Assembly: GCA_946965045.2 (NCBI GenBank)
Contig: OX459761.1
Location: 1 to 64,000, forward strand
DNA from: Epithemia pelagica
Lineage: Eukaryota > Protista > Bacillariophyta
Direction of reading: 5' to 3'
DNA length: 64,000 nt
In this document: positions 25,185 to 38,092 of the stretch, one piece after another
How the letters are laid out: each line of letters starts with the position of its first letter
Numbering within the stretch: the first letter of the stretch is position 1
Made by a program: the position numbers and the translations under genes
Notes under the pieces: model-generated
What the model was told of the DNA's origin: nothing
Database searches by the model: none
The model's input: the letters and a program-made list of their open reading frames with translations, nothing else

Positions 25185-27839
25185 ATGTTAAACAATCCCT
25201 TAAATACCTTTAAGACTAATCAGCTAACAGATTATCAAAATTTAGTTAGTCAAATTAATATCTTAGAAGATAAAGTTAAAATATTAACTGATAGTGAATT
25301 AAGGGCCAAAAGCTTGACATTAAAAAAACAATATGAAACAACGCAAGATTTAAATCGTTTAATTCCAGAATCTTTTGCAATTACACGCGAAGCAAGTCGT
25401 CGAACGTTAGGATTAAGGCATTTTGATGTTCAATTATATGGTGGGCTTGTCTTGAATGATAACAAAATTGCAGAAATGAAAACTGGAGAGGGGAAAACAC
25501 TTGTAGCCACTTTACCAGGATTTTTAAATGCATTAACAAAAAAAGGGGTCCATATTGTTACAGTGAACGATTATTTAGCTAATCGTGATCAGGTGTCAAT
25601 GGGTCAAATTTATAAATTTTTAGGATTAAATACAGGATTAATTCAGGAAGGGATGTCAACTGTTGAACGAAAAAAGAACTATGCAGCTGATATAACATAT
25701 GTAACAAATTATGAAGTTGCATTTGATTTTCTTCGAGATAATATGGCATTAAACACCAATGATCTTGTTTTAAGACCTTTTAATTATTGTATTATTGACG
25801 AGGTTGATTCAATTTTAATAGATGAAGCTCAAACGCCTTTAATTATATCAAATAATATTTCAACATCAGTTGAAAAATATATTGTTGCTGCCGAAATTAC
25901 AGAATACTTAGAATTAAAGACTCATTATCAAATTGATGAAAAAAATAAGAATGTAATTTTAACTAATGAAGGTAGTAAACAAATTGAAAATATTTTAAAA
26001 ATTAAAGATTTGTATGATATACGAGACCCTTGGATACCGTATATTATTAATGCGATTAAAGCAAAAGCACTTTATTTTAATAACGTTCATTATATTATTC
26101 AAAATAATCGAATAATAATTGTTGATGAGTTTACAGGACGTATTATGCCAGATCGCCGTTGGGGTGATGGGTTACATCAGGCAATGGAAGCAAAAGAAAA
26201 TTTGCCAATTCGTCAAAAGACAGAAACAGTAGCAACGATAACATATCAAAATTTCTTTTTATTGTATCCAAAATTGTCAGGAATGACCGGAACGGGAAAA
26301 ACTGCAGAAATTGAATTTGAAAAAATTTATAATTTATCTGTAAAAACTATTCCAACGGCTAGACCAACTCAAAGAAAAGATTTACCAGATTTAATTTATA
26401 AAGATCAATTTTCAAAATGGAATGCGATTGCTAAAACTTGCAACGAAATACATTCAACAGGTCAACCTATTTTAATTGGAACAACTACCGTTGAAAAATC
26501 TGAGATGTTAGCACAATTATTAAGTGAATATAATTTATCTTATCAAATTTTAAATGCAAAACCAGAAAATGTAAGAAGAGAATCTGAAATCGTTGCGCAA
26601 GCTGGAAAAAAAAATAGCATAACAATTGCTACTAATATGGCTGGTCGAGGTACAGATATTATCCTAGGTGGGAATATTACATTTCAAATTCAGAAGAAAT
26701 TATATGATATTCTAACGCTAGCTAAAAACTTTCAACTATCAAAACAAAAAAATATCCTGAAATCAACTATTCTAAATCAGTTTCAGGGAAGTTCTCAACG
26801 ATTTTTAAGTGTTCTGTTATCACTACTAAATGATAAGAACTTTATGAAATTATCTGATCTTGATATTCTTCGACTTTTACAGGAAAATGATCGAGTTTCT
26901 ATTCCAGTTTTTTCTTATCAATCTTCTATTCGATTTTTAATAAATGAATTAATTTTATTTAATAAAAAATCTCAAGCACAAGAAAATAAAATTGTTAAAA
27001 ATTTAGGTGGATTATACATTATTGGAACAGAACGGAATGACTCAAGACGAGTTGATAATCAATTACGAGGACGATGTGGACGCCAAGGTGATCCAGGTAT
27101 TTCAAGATTTTTTTTAAGCTTAGATGATAATTTATTACGTCTTTTTGGTGGTCCTCAAATTCAAACGTTAATGCAAACTCAACTTCCAGATGATTCACCT
27201 TTAGAATCAAACTTAATTACAAAAAGTTTAGACTCAGCCCAGGCACGTGTAGAAGAAAGAGCTTATCAACAACGAAAAAATTTATTTGACTACGATGATG
27301 TATTAAATAAACAACGAAATATTATTTATTCTGAAAGAAGACGTATCTTAGAGAGTCTTTCAGTAAAAAAAAATATTTTGGCTTATGGAGAACAAATTAT
27401 TACCGATCTTCTTTTAGAATTTGAGAAAAATCAATATCCTAAAGACAAGTTAATTGACTTAATTGCAAATTTATTTGGACGAAATCAGATTCAAGACACA
27501 TATTCTGTTCTAAATAATTTTGATTTCTATGAATTGAAATTATATTTATTTGAAGAATTTTGGTTAACTTATCAATTAAAAACCATGGAATTATCGGTTT
27601 ATGGTGACGGGGTTATTGAAAATTTAGAACGTAGTATAATTTTAATTAATACTGATAAAATTTGGCGCGAACATCTACAAAAAATGACTCTATTACGTGA
27701 AGCTGTTGGATGGCGAGGGTATGGACAACGAAACCCGTTATTCGAATATACACGAGAGGCATATGCTATGTTCCAAACTCGGGAAAAATTATTAAGACAC
27801 TTAGTAATTTATGATTTATTAAGATCATCAATCTTATAG
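25185..27839 (+). CDS. secA: Preprotein translocase SecA
   Basis: MKTGEGKT, DEVDSILIDEA, ATNMAGRGTDI, QLRGRCGRQGDPG. Confidence 0.98.
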   Translation: MLNNPLNTFKTNQLTDYQNLVSQINILEDKVKILTDSELRAKSLTLKKQYETTQDLNRLIPESFAITREASRRTLGLRHFDVQLYGGLVLNDNKIAEMKTGEGKTLVATLPGFLNALTKKGVHIVTVNDYLANRDQVSMGQIYKFLGLNTGLIQEGMSTVERKKNYAADITYVTNYEVAFDFLRDNMALNTNDLVLRPFNYCIIDEVDSILIDEAQTPLIISNNISTSVEKYIVAAEITEYLELKTHYQIDEKNKNVILTNEGSKQIENILKIKDLYDIRDPWIPYIINAIKAKALYFNNVHYIIQNNRIIIVDEFTGRIMPDRRWGDGLHQAMEAKENLPIRQKTETVATITYQNFFLLYPKLSGMTGTGKTAEIEFEKIYNLSVKTIPTARPTQRKDLPDLIYKDQFSKWNAIAKTCNEIHSTGQPILIGTTTVEKSEMLAQLLSEYNLSYQILNAKPENVRRESEIVAQAGKKNSITIATNMAGRGTDIILGGNITFQIQKKLYDILTLAKNFQLSKQKNILKSTILNQFQGSSQRFLSVLLSLLNDKNFMKLSDLDILRLLQENDRVSIPVFSYQSSIRFLINELILFNKKSQAQENKIVKNLGGLYIIGTERNDSRRVDNQLRGRCGRQGDPGISRFFLSLDDNLLRLFGGPQIQTLMQTQLPDDSPLESNLITKSLDSAQARVEERAYQQRKNLFDYDDVLNKQRNIIYSERRRILESLSVKKNILAYGEQIITDLLLEFEKNQYPKDKLIDLIANLFGRNQIQDTYSVLNNFDFYELKLYLFEEFWLTYQLKTMELSVYGDGVIENLERSIILINTDKIWREHLQKMTLLREAVGWRGYGQRNPLFEYTREAYAMFQTREKLLRHLVIYDLLRSSIL

Positions 27840-27867
27840 GGAAAAACTTACAATTAATTAAATTTTT

Positions 27868-28014
27868 ATGTCAAAACGAACACTTTCAAATAAAGGTCGC
27901 TATTCAGTATTGAAAGTTTCAGGTTTTCGAGCTCGAATGTCGACTCCTCAAGGTAGAAAAACAATCCGCAATCGACGCAAAAAAGGCCGAAAAACTTTAA
28001 CATTACAGAAATAA
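27868..28014 (+). CDS. rpl34: 50S ribosomal protein L34 (not in ORF track)
   Basis: MSKRTL...[27 protein letters not shown], 48 aa. Confidence 0.95.
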   Translation: MSKRTLSNKGRYSVLKVSGFRARMSTPQGRKTIRNRRKKGRKTLTLQK

Positions 28015-28121
28015 AGTAATTATTAGAGTGAGTTATTTTAATTCCTCTAATAATAAATAATTTTTTATTTAAAGTTAATATAATACTAAGTTAGAAAACT
28101 ACCTTTTTTAATAAGTACTCT

Positions 28122-29615
28122 ATGAAATTTAATGATGAATTGGCTCTTTTTTTAAAAGCTCGTTATCCAATAATCTATATTAATACCATTGAAGAAGATC
28201 GAGTTGAATATGTAATTAGAAAAAACATTAAAACTAATTTAAATCGTAGTATGTATAGTTGGGATTTCGTGGATGGCTATACAAATAATCCAAATAATGA
28301 AGGATTTGCAAAACGAAATCCTTTACAAGCTCTAGAACTTGTAGAACGATTGAATGCTGAAACTCCAGCATTATTTCTATTAAAAGATTTTAACCGATTT
28401 TTAACAGATCTTTCCATTTCACGAAAATTAAGAAATGTTAGTCGAATTCTTAAATTGCAACCAAAAACTATTATTATTATTGGTTCAGATTTAACTATTC
28501 CTAGAGAATTACAAGATTTAGTTACGGTTTTACAATTTCAATTACCATTAGAAAATGAAATTAACCAAGAATTAAATCGCTTAGTAACGTCTTTAAATCT
28601 TAAGATTGATCCTCAATTATTTGAGACTCTTACTCGAGCATGTCAAGGCCTTTCTTTAGAAAGGATTAGACGTGTCTTATCAAAAATTATTGCAACTTAT
28701 AAAACTATTGATGAAAATAGCATTGCTGTTTTACTTAGCGAAAAAAAACAGATTATAAGTCAAACTGAAATATTAGAGTATATATCAGTGAACGAAAACA
28801 TTGCAAACTTAGGTGGTTTAGCTAACTTAAAAAGCTGGTTAAAAAAGAGAAAAACTGCATTTAGTATACAAGCTTCAAAGTATGGTTTACCAACACCTCG
28901 TGGACTATTATTAGTTGGAATTCAAGGAACTGGAAAATCTTTAGCAGCTAAAGCAATTTCTACTGACTGGCAATTACCATTATTAAAATTAGATGTAGGT
29001 AAGTTATTTGGGGGTATAGTTGGGGAATCAGAATCACGTCTTCGTCAAATGATAAATGTTGCGGAAACTATTTCTCCTTGTATTCTTTGGATTGATGAAA
29101 TTGATAAAGCATTTAGTAACACAGAAAGTCGTGGGGATAGCGGAACTAGTAATCGTGTACTTGCTACTTTTATTAGTTGGTTATCTGAGAAAACTAAACC
29201 TGTTTTTGTAATTGCTACAGCTAATAATATTGATCTTTTACCATTAGAAATTATTCGAAAAGGGCGATTCGATGAAATATTTTTTTTAAATTTACCTCAA
29301 AAAGAAGAACGTGAAGAAATTTTTAAAATTCACCTTCAAGAATTTCGACCAAAAAGCTGGACATCTTTTGATTACCCCAAATTAGCTCAATCATCAGAAT
29401 CATTTTCAGGAGCAGAAATTCGTCAAAGTATTATTGAAGGTATGTATCAAGCATTTTATGAAAAACGTGAGTTTACAACGAAAGATATTTGTATCGCTTT
29501 AAATGATTTAATTCCATTATCACAACTCGAAAGTGAGCAAATGATAAGATTACAAGATTGGGCTTCCTCTGGTCGACTTCGTTCTGCTTCTTCCAAAGAT
29601 ATATATTCAAGATAA
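28122..29615 (+). CDS. ycf46: Ycf46 AAA ATPase
   Basis: GIQGTGKSL, WIDEIDK, RKGRFDEIFF. Confidence 0.97.
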   Translation: MKFNDELALFLKARYPIIYINTIEEDRVEYVIRKNIKTNLNRSMYSWDFVDGYTNNPNNEGFAKRNPLQALELVERLNAETPALFLLKDFNRFLTDLSISRKLRNVSRILKLQPKTIIIIGSDLTIPRELQDLVTVLQFQLPLENEINQELNRLVTSLNLKIDPQLFETLTRACQGLSLERIRRVLSKIIATYKTIDENSIAVLLSEKKQIISQTEILEYISVNENIANLGGLANLKSWLKKRKTAFSIQASKYGLPTPRGLLLVGIQGTGKSLAAKAISTDWQLPLLKLDVGKLFGGIVGESESRLRQMINVAETISPCILWIDEIDKAFSNTESRGDSGTSNRVLATFISWLSEKTKPVFVIATANNIDLLPLEIIRKGRFDEIFFLNLPQKEEREEIFKIHLQEFRPKSWTSFDYPKLAQSSESFSGAEIRQSIIEGMYQAFYEKREFTTKDICIALNDLIPLSQLESEQMIRLQDWASSGRLRSASSKDIYSR

Positions 29616-29623
29616 ATAATTTT

Positions 29624-30889
29624 ATGAAACAAAAAATGTTTAGATTAATAGCAGATCTTCGATTTGCTATTTTTATTTTATTATTAATTAGTTTTTGTAG
29701 TATTATTGGAACAATAATTGAACAAGATCAATCTGTCGAAATATATAAAACTAATTATCCTTTAACAAATCCAATTTTTGGAATTTTAGCATGGGATCAG
29801 ATTTTAAGACTTGGATTAGATCATGTTTATAAAACTTGGTGGTTTTATACATTATTGCTTTTGTTTGGCTTAAGCTTGATTACATGTACAGTTCTACAAC
29901 AATATCCATCTTTAAAAATTGCCCGTCGTTGTCAATTTTTTAGAACAACAAGACAATTTTATCGTTTAAAAATTTTTACAATATTAAATAATTTTTCACT
30001 TAGTAAAATTATTTTTAAGATTCAACAAAATAAATATTCAATTTTTCAACAAAAAAAGACTCTTTATTGCTATAAAGGATTAATTGGTCGAATTGCTCCT
30101 ATTCTAGTTCATTTAAGCATGATTCTCGTATTAGTGGGTACAATTTTTGGTTCATTATTTGGATTTAAAGCACAAGAGATTGTACCAAAAACTGAAAATT
30201 TTCATATTCAAAATATATTAGCTACAGGACAATTAACAGTTATCCCAAAAGTATCGGCACGTATAAATGATTTTTGGATTACATATACAAAGAATAAAAC
30301 TATCTCTCAGTTTTATTCGGATATTTCTATTTTAGATAAACAAGGGAATGAGAGTTCGCGAAAAACAATTTCAGTAAATTCGCCTTTAATTCATAAAGGC
30401 GTCTATTATTATCAAACTGACTGGAGTTTAATTGGATTACGATTTCAGAATCTAAATAATGAAATTCTAGAATATCCATTATTGAATTTTTCAAATACAC
30501 AGGAAAAAGTTTGGTTAACTTGGGTTTCAAAAAATTCTTCTGTTTTTGAAGGACTTATTCTAATAATTGATAATCTGGAAGGTTACTGTTCTATTTATAA
30601 CGAAAAGGGGCAATTTTTAGGAAATATTGAATTAAATGAAATAATAGATTTTGCTGATTCCTTTACATTTTTAGAAATTATTAGTTCAACTGGGTTACAA
30701 ATTAAAACAGATCCAGGAATTCCTATTATTTATAGCGGATTCTTTTTCCTAATGCTTAGTACATTAATTAGTTATACTACTTATTCACAAATTTGGATGA
30801 TTGAAAAACAACAGAAATTATTTATTGGTGGAACAACTAATAGAGCAGTTTTTGATTTTGAACTAGAATTTTTTAAAATTATTAATTAA
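29624..30889 (+). CDS. ccs1: Cytochrome c biogenesis protein Ccs1 (ycf44)
   Basis: SIIGTIIEQDQ, GLQIKTDPGIPIIY; start moved to MKQKMF (29624). Confidence 0.95.
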   Translation: MKQKMFRLIADLRFAIFILLLISFCSIIGTIIEQDQSVEIYKTNYPLTNPIFGILAWDQILRLGLDHVYKTWWFYTLLLLFGLSLITCTVLQQYPSLKIARRCQFFRTTRQFYRLKIFTILNNFSLSKIIFKIQQNKYSIFQQKKTLYCYKGLIGRIAPILVHLSMILVLVGTIFGSLFGFKAQEIVPKTENFHIQNILATGQLTVIPKVSARINDFWITYTKNKTISQFYSDISILDKQGNESSRKTISVNSPLIHKGVYYYQTDWSLIGLRFQNLNNEILEYPLLNFSNTQEKVWLTWVSKNSSVFEGLILIIDNLEGYCSIYNEKGQFLGNIELNEIIDFADSFTFLEIISSTGLQIKTDPGIPIIYSGFFFLMLSTLISYTTYSQIWMIEKQQKLFIGGTTNRAVFDFELEFFKIIN

Positions 30890-30975
30890 TAACTGATAAT
30901 AAAAGTATATTTGTTTTATAATTGTAATTAACAAGTGAAAGACTTGGGAAGAATTATTATTACAAAAACTTTTTT

Positions 30976-32058
30976 ATGACAGCAACTTTAGAAAGACGTC
31001 AAAGCGTTTCTTTATGGGAACGTTTCTGTGGTTGGATTACTAGCACTGAAAACCGTTTATACATCGGTTGGTTTGGTTGTTTAATGTTCCCTACATTATT
31101 AACAGCTACTTCTTGTTACATCATCGCTTTCATCGCAGCTCCTCCAGTTGATATTGATGGTATCCGTGAGCCAGTAGCAGGTTCTTTATTATACGGTAAC
31201 AACATCATTTCAGGTGCAGTTGTACCTAGTTCAAACGCTATCGGTATGCACTTCTACCCAATCTGGGAAGCAGCTTCAATCGACGAATGGTTATACAATG
31301 GTGGTCCTTACCAATTAATCGTAATGCACTTCTTCATCGGTGTATGTGCATACATGGGTCGTGAATGGGAATTAAGCTACCGTTTAGGTATGCGTCCTTG
31401 GATCTTCGTAGCTTTCTCTGCTCCAGTAGCAGCTGCAAGTGCAGTATTCGTAGTATACCCAATCGGTCAAGGTTCATTCTCTGATGGTATGCCTTTAGGT
31501 ATCTCTGGTACTTTCAACTTCATGATCGTATTCCAAGCTGAACACAACATTTTAATGCACCCATTCCACATGGCTGGTGTTGCTGGTGTATTTGGTGGTT
31601 CTTTATTCTCAGCTATGCACGGTTCATTAGTAACTTCTTCTTTAATTCGTGAAACAACTGAAAGCGAATCTACTAACTACGGTTACAAATTCGGTCAAGA
31701 AGAAGAAACTTACAACATCGTTGCAGCACACGGTTACTTTGGTCGTTTAATCTTCCAATACGCTTCATTCAACAACTCACGTGCTTTACACTTCTTCTTA
31801 GCTTTATGGCCAGTTGTAGGTATCTGGTTAACTGCTATGGGTGTAAGTACAATGGCGTTCAACTTAAATGGTTTCAACTTCAACCAATCAGTTGTTGATT
31901 CTCAAGGTCGTGTTATTAACACATGGGCTGACATCATCAACCGTGCTGATTTAGGTATGGAAGTAATGCACGAACGTAATGCGCACAACTTCCCATTAGA
32001 TTTAGCTTCAGGTGAAGTATTACCAGTTGCTTTAACAGCTCCAGCTGTTAACGGCTAA
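30976..32058 (+). CDS. psbA: Photosystem II D1 protein
   Basis: 360 aa canonical D1, no introns. Confidence 0.99.
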   Translation: MTATLERRQSVSLWERFCGWITSTENRLYIGWFGCLMFPTLLTATSCYIIAFIAAPPVDIDGIREPVAGSLLYGNNIISGAVVPSSNAIGMHFYPIWEAASIDEWLYNGGPYQLIVMHFFIGVCAYMGREWELSYRLGMRPWIFVAFSAPVAAASAVFVVYPIGQGSFSDGMPLGISGTFNFMIVFQAEHNILMHPFHMAGVAGVFGGSLFSAMHGSLVTSSLIRETTESESTNYGYKFGQEEETYNIVAAHGYFGRLIFQYASFNNSRALHFFLALWPVVGIWLTAMGVSTMAFNLNGFNFNQSVVDSQGRVINTWADIINRADLGMEVMHERNAHNFPLDLASGEVLPVALTAPAVNG

Positions 32059-32067
32059 TTCTTAGTT

Positions 32068-32105
32068 TTTCTAAACCTTTAATTTTAAAATTAAAGGTTT
32101 AGAAA
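32068..32105. terminator. 38-bp perfect palindrome after psbA
   Basis: TTTCTAAACCTTTAATTTT|AAAATTAAAGGTTTAGAAA. Confidence 0.7.
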
Positions 32106-32404
32106 TCTAGTAACTAGTATTGGTATTAAGTTTTTTGTAGATCTTATCCTAGAATTTTTTCTTTTATCCTAATATTAGAGTTTTCTTGTAGAGAACTTTA
32201 AAAACCTCCTGGTTCCAACAATTTTGTCACTAGAAAAGAATTAGTAGACAAAAATATATCTCATAACACTTTTTGGAAGAGAATAGAAGTAATTAAAATC
32301 CATTCTAAAAATAAAAATTAGAATACTAATTTTTATTTTCATCTTCCTACTGGGAATCTTTTATATCCTATAACCTAACTTTGAGCTTTCAAACTTTTTT
32401 TTAA

Positions 32405-32490
32405 TGGGAACGGAGGGACTTGAACCCTCACGCCTATCACTAGGCAACGGATTTTAAGTCCGTCGTGTCTACCAATTTCACCACATTCCC
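32405..32490 (-). tRNA. trnL: tRNA-Leu(UAA), intron-less
   Basis: GGGAATG... ACGGA-CTTAAAA-TCCGT anticodon arm, long variable arm. Confidence 0.95.
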
Positions 32491-32558
32491 AAGGATTCCT
32501 ATAAAATAAGGATACTTAACTATCAGATTTAGTACAATACTATAGTTCTATTTTTATA

Positions 32559-32629
32559 AGGCGGCACTCAGATTCGAACTGAGGGTCGAGGATTTGCAAT
32601 CCACTGCCTTACCACTTGGCCATACCGCC
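32559..32629 (-). tRNA. trnC: tRNA-Cys(GCA)
   Basis: GGCGGTATGGCCAAGTGGTAAGGC...TTGCAAA...TGCCGCCT. Confidence 0.96.
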
Positions 32630-32756
32630 ATATTTGACTACTATATTTCGGCTAGTATAGTACATTTGACAGTTCCAGTAAAATAAAAATTAAAATTGTG
32701 TATAATATAACAAAAGTGAATAGAATCAATATATTGTAGATTTAGCGGAAAAATCT

Positions 32757-35516
32757 ATGTTTGAAAAGTTTACTGAGGGTGCCATAAAAGTTATCATGTT
32801 ATCTCAGGAAGAGGCTCGTAGAATGGGTCATAATTTTGTAGGAACAGAACAACTTTTATTAGGAGTTATTGGACAACGACATGGAATTGGGGCTCGAGCA
32901 CTTAAAAAATTAAAAGTAACACTTAAAAAAGCTCGAAAAGAAATTGAATTGTATATTGGTCGTGGTACAGGTTTTGTAGCTTCCGAAATTCCTTTCACTC
33001 CAAGAGCAAAACGCGTTTTAGAAATGGCTGTCCATGAAAGTAAAGATTTAGGTCAAAATTTTGTAGGAACAGAGCATATTCTATTAGCACTTATTGCTGA
33101 ATCAGATGGTGTTGCTATGCGAACTTTAGATAAATTAAATGTCGATATTCATAAATTAAGAAATTTAATTTTAACTTATATTGAAGAAACGCAGGAAGAA
33201 ATTTTACGACCATTAACACAAGCTGAAAAATTCTTATTGGAACGTGAGAAAAAAGGTAGTCCAACTCCAACGTTAGATGAATATGCAGAGAATATTACCA
33301 AGGAAGCGATTGACGGAAATTTAGACCCAGTAATTGGGCGTGAGAAAGAAATTGATGATGTTATTGCTGTTTTAGCACGTCGAACAAAAAACAATCCTGT
33401 TTTAATTGGTGAACCTGGGGTTGGTAAAACAGCTGTTGCTGAAGGATTAGCCCAATTAATTTTAACAGAGAAAGTACCAGATTTCTTAGATGGTAGTTTA
33501 ATTATGGCTTTGGATCTTGGCTCAATTTTAGCTGGTACCAAATATCGAGGTGAATTTGAAGAAAGATTAAAACGAATTGTAGAAGAAGCTCAAAATGATT
33601 CTGCTGTAATTATTGTAATTGATGAGATTCATACGTTAGTTGGTGCTGGGGCTGCTGAAGGTGCAGTAGATGCAGCAAATATTTTAAAACCAGCTTTAGC
33701 TCGTGGAAAATTCAGATGTATTGGGGCCACAACTAATGATGAATATCGAAAATATATTGAACGGGATCCTGCGTTAGAAAGACGTTTTCAACCAGTGCAT
33801 GTTGAAGAACCTAGTGTAGGAACAACTATTGAAATTTTACGTGGATTACGTTCGAAATTTGAACAACATCATACTTTAAGTTATCATGATAAAGCATTGG
33901 AACAAGCTGCTATTCTTTCAGACAAATATGTAGCAGATCGATATTTACCAGATAAAGCAATTGATGTATTAGATGAAGCGGGAGCAAGAGTTCGTTTAGA
34001 AAATCGTCGTCTACCTTTAGGCTTAAGAAGTTTAATGCATGAATTGCAAGAAACAATTAAAGACAAAGAAGATTGTATTAAAGAACATGATTTTGAAGCG
34101 GCGAAACAATTATTAGATCATGAAATGGAAGTTCGAACGCATATTCGAATTATGAAACAATCTGCGTTAACAAATGAATCACGTGGGTTTAGCCGTCGTG
34201 ATGTTGACATGGTAACAGAAAACGATGTAGCAGATGTAGTTTCAAATTGGACTGGTATTCCTGTAACAAAAATTACTGGATCAGAATCAGCCCGCCTATT
34301 AAAAATGGAAGATACTCTTCACGAACGTATTATTGGCCAAAAGCATGCAGTGATAGCTGTTTCAAAAGCAATTCGCCGTGCTCGTGTAGGGTTACGAAAT
34401 CCAAATCGACCTATTGCAAGTTTCATCTTTGCTGGACCTACTGGTGTTGGAAAAACAGAATTAACAAAAACCTTATCAGATTATATGTTTGGCAGCGAAG
34501 ATAGCATGATTCGCTTAGATATGTCTGAATATATGGAAAAACATACGGTAGCAAAATTAATAGGTTCACCTCCAGGATATGTAGGTTACAATGAAGGTGG
34601 TCAATTAACAGAAGCCGTTCGATCAAAACCATATTCTGTTGTATTATTTGATGAAGTAGAAAAAGCTCATCCTGATGTTTTTAATTTATTGTTACAAATT
34701 TTAGACGATGGCCGTTTAACAGACTCAAAAGGACGAATTATTGATTTCACAAACACTTTAATTATTATGACAACTAATTTAGGTGCAAAAATTATTGAAC
34801 GTGAAAGTGGAATTAAACCTAAATCTGAGCAAGGCGAAGGAAGCTTTAAAATAACACCAGATGCTGTTATTGGATGGCAACCTGCTCCAGAGCCAATAAA
34901 AGATCCAGAAATTTTCCAACGTGTTACAAAATTAGTAAATGATGAATTAAAGAATTTCTTCCGTCCAGAGTTCTTAAATCGTATTGATGAAATTATTGTA
35001 TTTAATCATTTAACAAGAATTGATATTTGGGAAATTTGTGAGTTAATGATTAAACAAGTTCAAAATCGCTTAAAAGATAAAGGTATCAATTTAATTGTAG
35101 AATTATCTGTTCAAGCGTTTTTAACAGATGAAGGTTATGATCCAATTTATGGTGCTCGTCCATTACGTCGTGCAATTATGAAATACTTAGAAGATACACT
35201 TGCTGAACAATGTCTATCAAAAACTCTTTATCCGAATACAAAAATTTATGTTCGAAGAAAAAAAGTTGAAGGAACATTGATGACTTATACAAATGAGTTA
35301 GAGGTAGAAATTGATTTTAGTGATGTTGATCCTATGTTATTAAAAAATGCAACTGAAAACGATAAGGAACCTGTTGCAGCATTAGTTAGTTCAGATACAG
35401 AATCAAGTTCAGATCAAAACTTTGAATCATCTGGTAATAATGTAAATTTAGGTTTAGGAGCAGATAAACCAAAACCAAATAAAGTAGGAACAAATGAAAA
35501 GTTCTTTAAACGCTAA
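32757..35516 (+). CDS. clpC: Clp protease ATP-binding subunit
   Basis: Two AAA modules, GEPGVGKT and GPTGVGKT; [14 protein letters not shown]-terminus. Confidence 0.98.
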   Translation: MFEKFTEGAIKVIMLSQEEARRMGHNFVGTEQLLLGVIGQRHGIGARALKKLKVTLKKARKEIELYIGRGTGFVASEIPFTPRAKRVLEMAVHESKDLGQNFVGTEHILLALIAESDGVAMRTLDKLNVDIHKLRNLILTYIEETQEEILRPLTQAEKFLLEREKKGSPTPTLDEYAENITKEAIDGNLDPVIGREKEIDDVIAVLARRTKNNPVLIGEPGVGKTAVAEGLAQLILTEKVPDFLDGSLIMALDLGSILAGTKYRGEFEERLKRIVEEAQNDSAVIIVIDEIHTLVGAGAAEGAVDAANILKPALARGKFRCIGATTNDEYRKYIERDPALERRFQPVHVEEPSVGTTIEILRGLRSKFEQHHTLSYHDKALEQAAILSDKYVADRYLPDKAIDVLDEAGARVRLENRRLPLGLRSLMHELQETIKDKEDCIKEHDFEAAKQLLDHEMEVRTHIRIMKQSALTNESRGFSRRDVDMVTENDVADVVSNWTGIPVTKITGSESARLLKMEDTLHERIIGQKHAVIAVSKAIRRARVGLRNPNRPIASFIFAGPTGVGKTELTKTLSDYMFGSEDSMIRLDMSEYMEKHTVAKLIGSPPGYVGYNEGGQLTEAVRSKPYSVVLFDEVEKAHPDVFNLLLQILDDGRLTDSKGRIIDFTNTLIIMTTNLGAKIIERESGIKPKSEQGEGSFKITPDAVIGWQPAPEPIKDPEIFQRVTKLVNDELKNFFRPEFLNRIDEIIVFNHLTRIDIWEICELMIKQVQNRLKDKGINLIVELSVQAFLTDEGYDPIYGARPLRRAIMKYLEDTLAEQCLSKTLYPNTKIYVRRKKVEGTLMTYTNELEVEIDFSDVDPMLLKNATENDKEPVAALVSSDTESSSDQNFESSGNNVNLGLGADKPKPNKVGTNEKFFKR

Positions 35517-35621
35517 AAAATTTAATCAATTCTCAATACGACAATTAGATTTAATTGTTGGAAATAATTAAATTTGTGTATAATATATAGTGTATAGAAT
35601 ATTTCAAAAGGATTATTACTT

Positions 35622-35732
35622 ATGGATACTCGTTTAGTAGTAATTGCTGCACCGTTATTAATCGCAGCATCATGGGCTTTATTTAACATTGGTCGTTTAG
35701 CAATTCAACAAATTCAACGCTTAACACGTTAA
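35622..35732 (+). CDS. psbY: Photosystem II protein Y (not in ORF track)
   Basis: [36 protein letters not shown]. Confidence 0.95.
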   Translation: MDTRLVVIAAPLLIAASWALFNIGRLAIQQIQRLTR

Positions 35733-35768
35733 TTTAAGAAAGTCAATATACTAATAATAAAATTATAA

Positions 35769-36020
<252 letters not shown>

Positions 36021-36032
36021 GTTTAAAATAGA

Positions 36033-36078
36033 ATTTTAATTTATTCCACTTTCTTAGATTGTTGGAATAAATTAAAAT
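36033..36078. terminator. 16-bp inverted repeat between convergent psaC and thiG
   Basis: ATTTTAATTTATTCCA / TGGAATAAATTAAAAT. Confidence 0.65.
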
Positions 36079-36090
36079 GATAATATTTTT

Positions 36091-36912
36091 TTATTTGGTT
36101 AAATTGTTAACTTTGCTAATTTGATTTAATGGAGAACTTGCACTTGCATAATATTTTTTTTCCATTCGACCTGATAAATAAGCTAAACGACCAGCTTTAA
36201 CACCTAATTTCATGGCTAAAGCCATTTGTTGTGGATTTTTTGATTGAGCAACTGCCGTATTCAATAAAACTGCATCTGCACCAATTTCCATAGCTTGATT
36301 AGCTTCACTGGAAGTACCAATTCCAGCATCAACAATGACAGGAATATTCGCATTTTCTATTATAATTTGAATATTACTTAAATTATTTAATCCTTGCCCA
36401 GATCCAATAGGGGATCCTAAAGGCATGACTGTTGCACAACCTAAATCCTCTAAATGTAATGCTAACATAGGATCAGCATTTATATATGGCAAGACAGTAA
36501 AACCTTTTTTAATTAAAAATTCCGCAGCTTTTAAAGTTCCAATAGGATCTGGTAACAAATATTTAGGATCCGAAATAACTTCTAATTTGACAAAAAAATT
36601 TTCTTCTTGTCCGATTTGACATGCTAACTCATGACCCAAAAATGCCATTCGGATTGCTTCTTCAGCGGTTTGAGAACCTGCTGTATTTGGTAATAACCAA
36701 AGCTTTTTCCAATCCAATTCATTTAAGAAATTTGTGCTATCATTTTTTAAATCTGTGGGTAGTCTTCGGATTGCAACTGTTACAATTTCACATTCACTAT
36801 TTTTAATACTATTAATTGCATCGTTTGGTGTTCGATATTTTCCTGTGCCCAACATTAAACGAGAAGTAAAAAATTTGTTGCCAATTTTTAATGTATCTAA
36901 TTCTTCTTTCAT
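36091..36912 (-). CDS. thiG: Thiazole synthase
   Basis: [34 protein letters not shown]. Confidence 0.98.
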   Translation of the reverse strand: MKEELDTLKIGNKFFTSRLMLGTGKYRTPNDAINSIKNSECEIVTVAIRRLPTDLKNDSTNFLNELDWKKLWLLPNTAGSQTAEEAIRMAFLGHELACQIGQEENFFVKLEVISDPKYLLPDPIGTLKAAEFLIKKGFTVLPYINADPMLALHLEDLGCATVMPLGSPIGSGQGLNNLSNIQIIIENANIPVIVDAGIGTSSEANQAMEIGADAVLLNTAVAQSKNPQQMALAMKLGVKAGRLAYLSGRMEKKYYASASSPLNQISKVNNLTK

Positions 36913-36934
36913 CGATCTTTAATTTTACTAATTA

Positions 36935-37006
36935 CTCCCCAGGTAGGACTTGAACCTACGGCCAATCGGTTAACAGCCGATTGCTCTACCACTGAGCTAC
37001 TGAGGA
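36935..37006 (-). tRNA. trnN: tRNA-Asn(GUU)
   Basis: TCCTCAGTAGCTCAGTGG...CTGTTAA...TGGGGAG. Confidence 0.97.
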
Positions 37007-37079
37007 TAGAATAACTAAATACATGTTATCATAGTTTTTCGATAATGACAAATAATTTTATTAAAATATTTTAATAAAA

Positions 37080-37370
37080 TTATAGTTGTTTATTAAAAAC
37101 TAAAAATCGTAAAACATTTGAATCCATTTTCAAAATAGTTGCAAAATTACTGATATATTTTGGCATACTTGAAAAATTAAGTTGAATATAGTTGCCTTTT
37201 GTTTTATTGGAAATTGGATAAGCTAAATTATGTTTTCCACGCGAAATTACAGAAATATCGCAAACACTGAATTTCCGTAAATTCTTTGCATAATTGAAGA
37301 CCCAAGTTTTTAATTCGCTATCATTAAATTCTTCTGTCAAAAGAATCATTATTTCATATTTTCTTAACAT
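37080..37370 (-). CDS. rps6: 30S ribosomal protein S6
   Basis: RKYEIMILL, LAYPI, VLRFL. Confidence 0.94.
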   Translation of the reverse strand: MLRKYEIMILLTEEFNDSELKTWVFNYAKNLRKFSVCDISVISRGKHNLAYPISNKTKGNYIQLNFSSMPKYISNFATILKMDSNVLRFLVFNKQL

Positions 37371-38092
37371 AATAGGTAATAGTTTTAACTTCTCAAAATT
37401 AAACTTATACTACTTGTAAATAGAAATGAATGTCAATTAGAATTTTTGTTTCTTTTTATCCTAAACTTAAATAGTATATAGTGAATGTAGCAATCAAAAA
37501 AAAATGGAACGTTAATAAATTAAGAAACATGAATAAGAATGAACCTGAAAAAAAAATATCCTACGAAGAATAAGAGAATCCTATCAAAAAAAAAGTCTTG
37601 ATACAACAGAAAGACAGCTTAAAGGCATAAAAAATAAAGAAAGATCGCGAAATTCGTAAACAACAAGCTCAAATGTGCAAAAGAATAAGCGAAAAAACAA
37701 TAGTACTACATGTACATCTATTACAAACGGATTAAAAACAATTCGAAAGAATACAAAAAAAATCTTAGAAGAAGGGTTAGGATTCAACAGCTTTGGAATA
37801 AAAAAATAGAAAAAAAAACCTATCTCGATTTACAACAAAGATAGTGCAAAATGAAATATACTCAATCTGACTCTGTCGCATTTTGAATCGAAATTGGCAT
37901 AGAATGTTTCTGGATCACCTTTAATTAATCGAATAATTGGTCTCCTAACTATCTTAAATCGCGTTGAGATCGAAAATTAGTTAATTAGAGTCTAAATTCA
38001 CATAGTAAACAAAATTCTTAGATATTAGACTATAATGATATATTGTATATTAGAATATAATTTATAGAAAAAAAATTTGTTGGAGAAATTTA

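Noticed and set aside
32405-32490. Group I intron in trnL(UAA)
   Set aside because: The anticodon loop is continuous; there is no intron.
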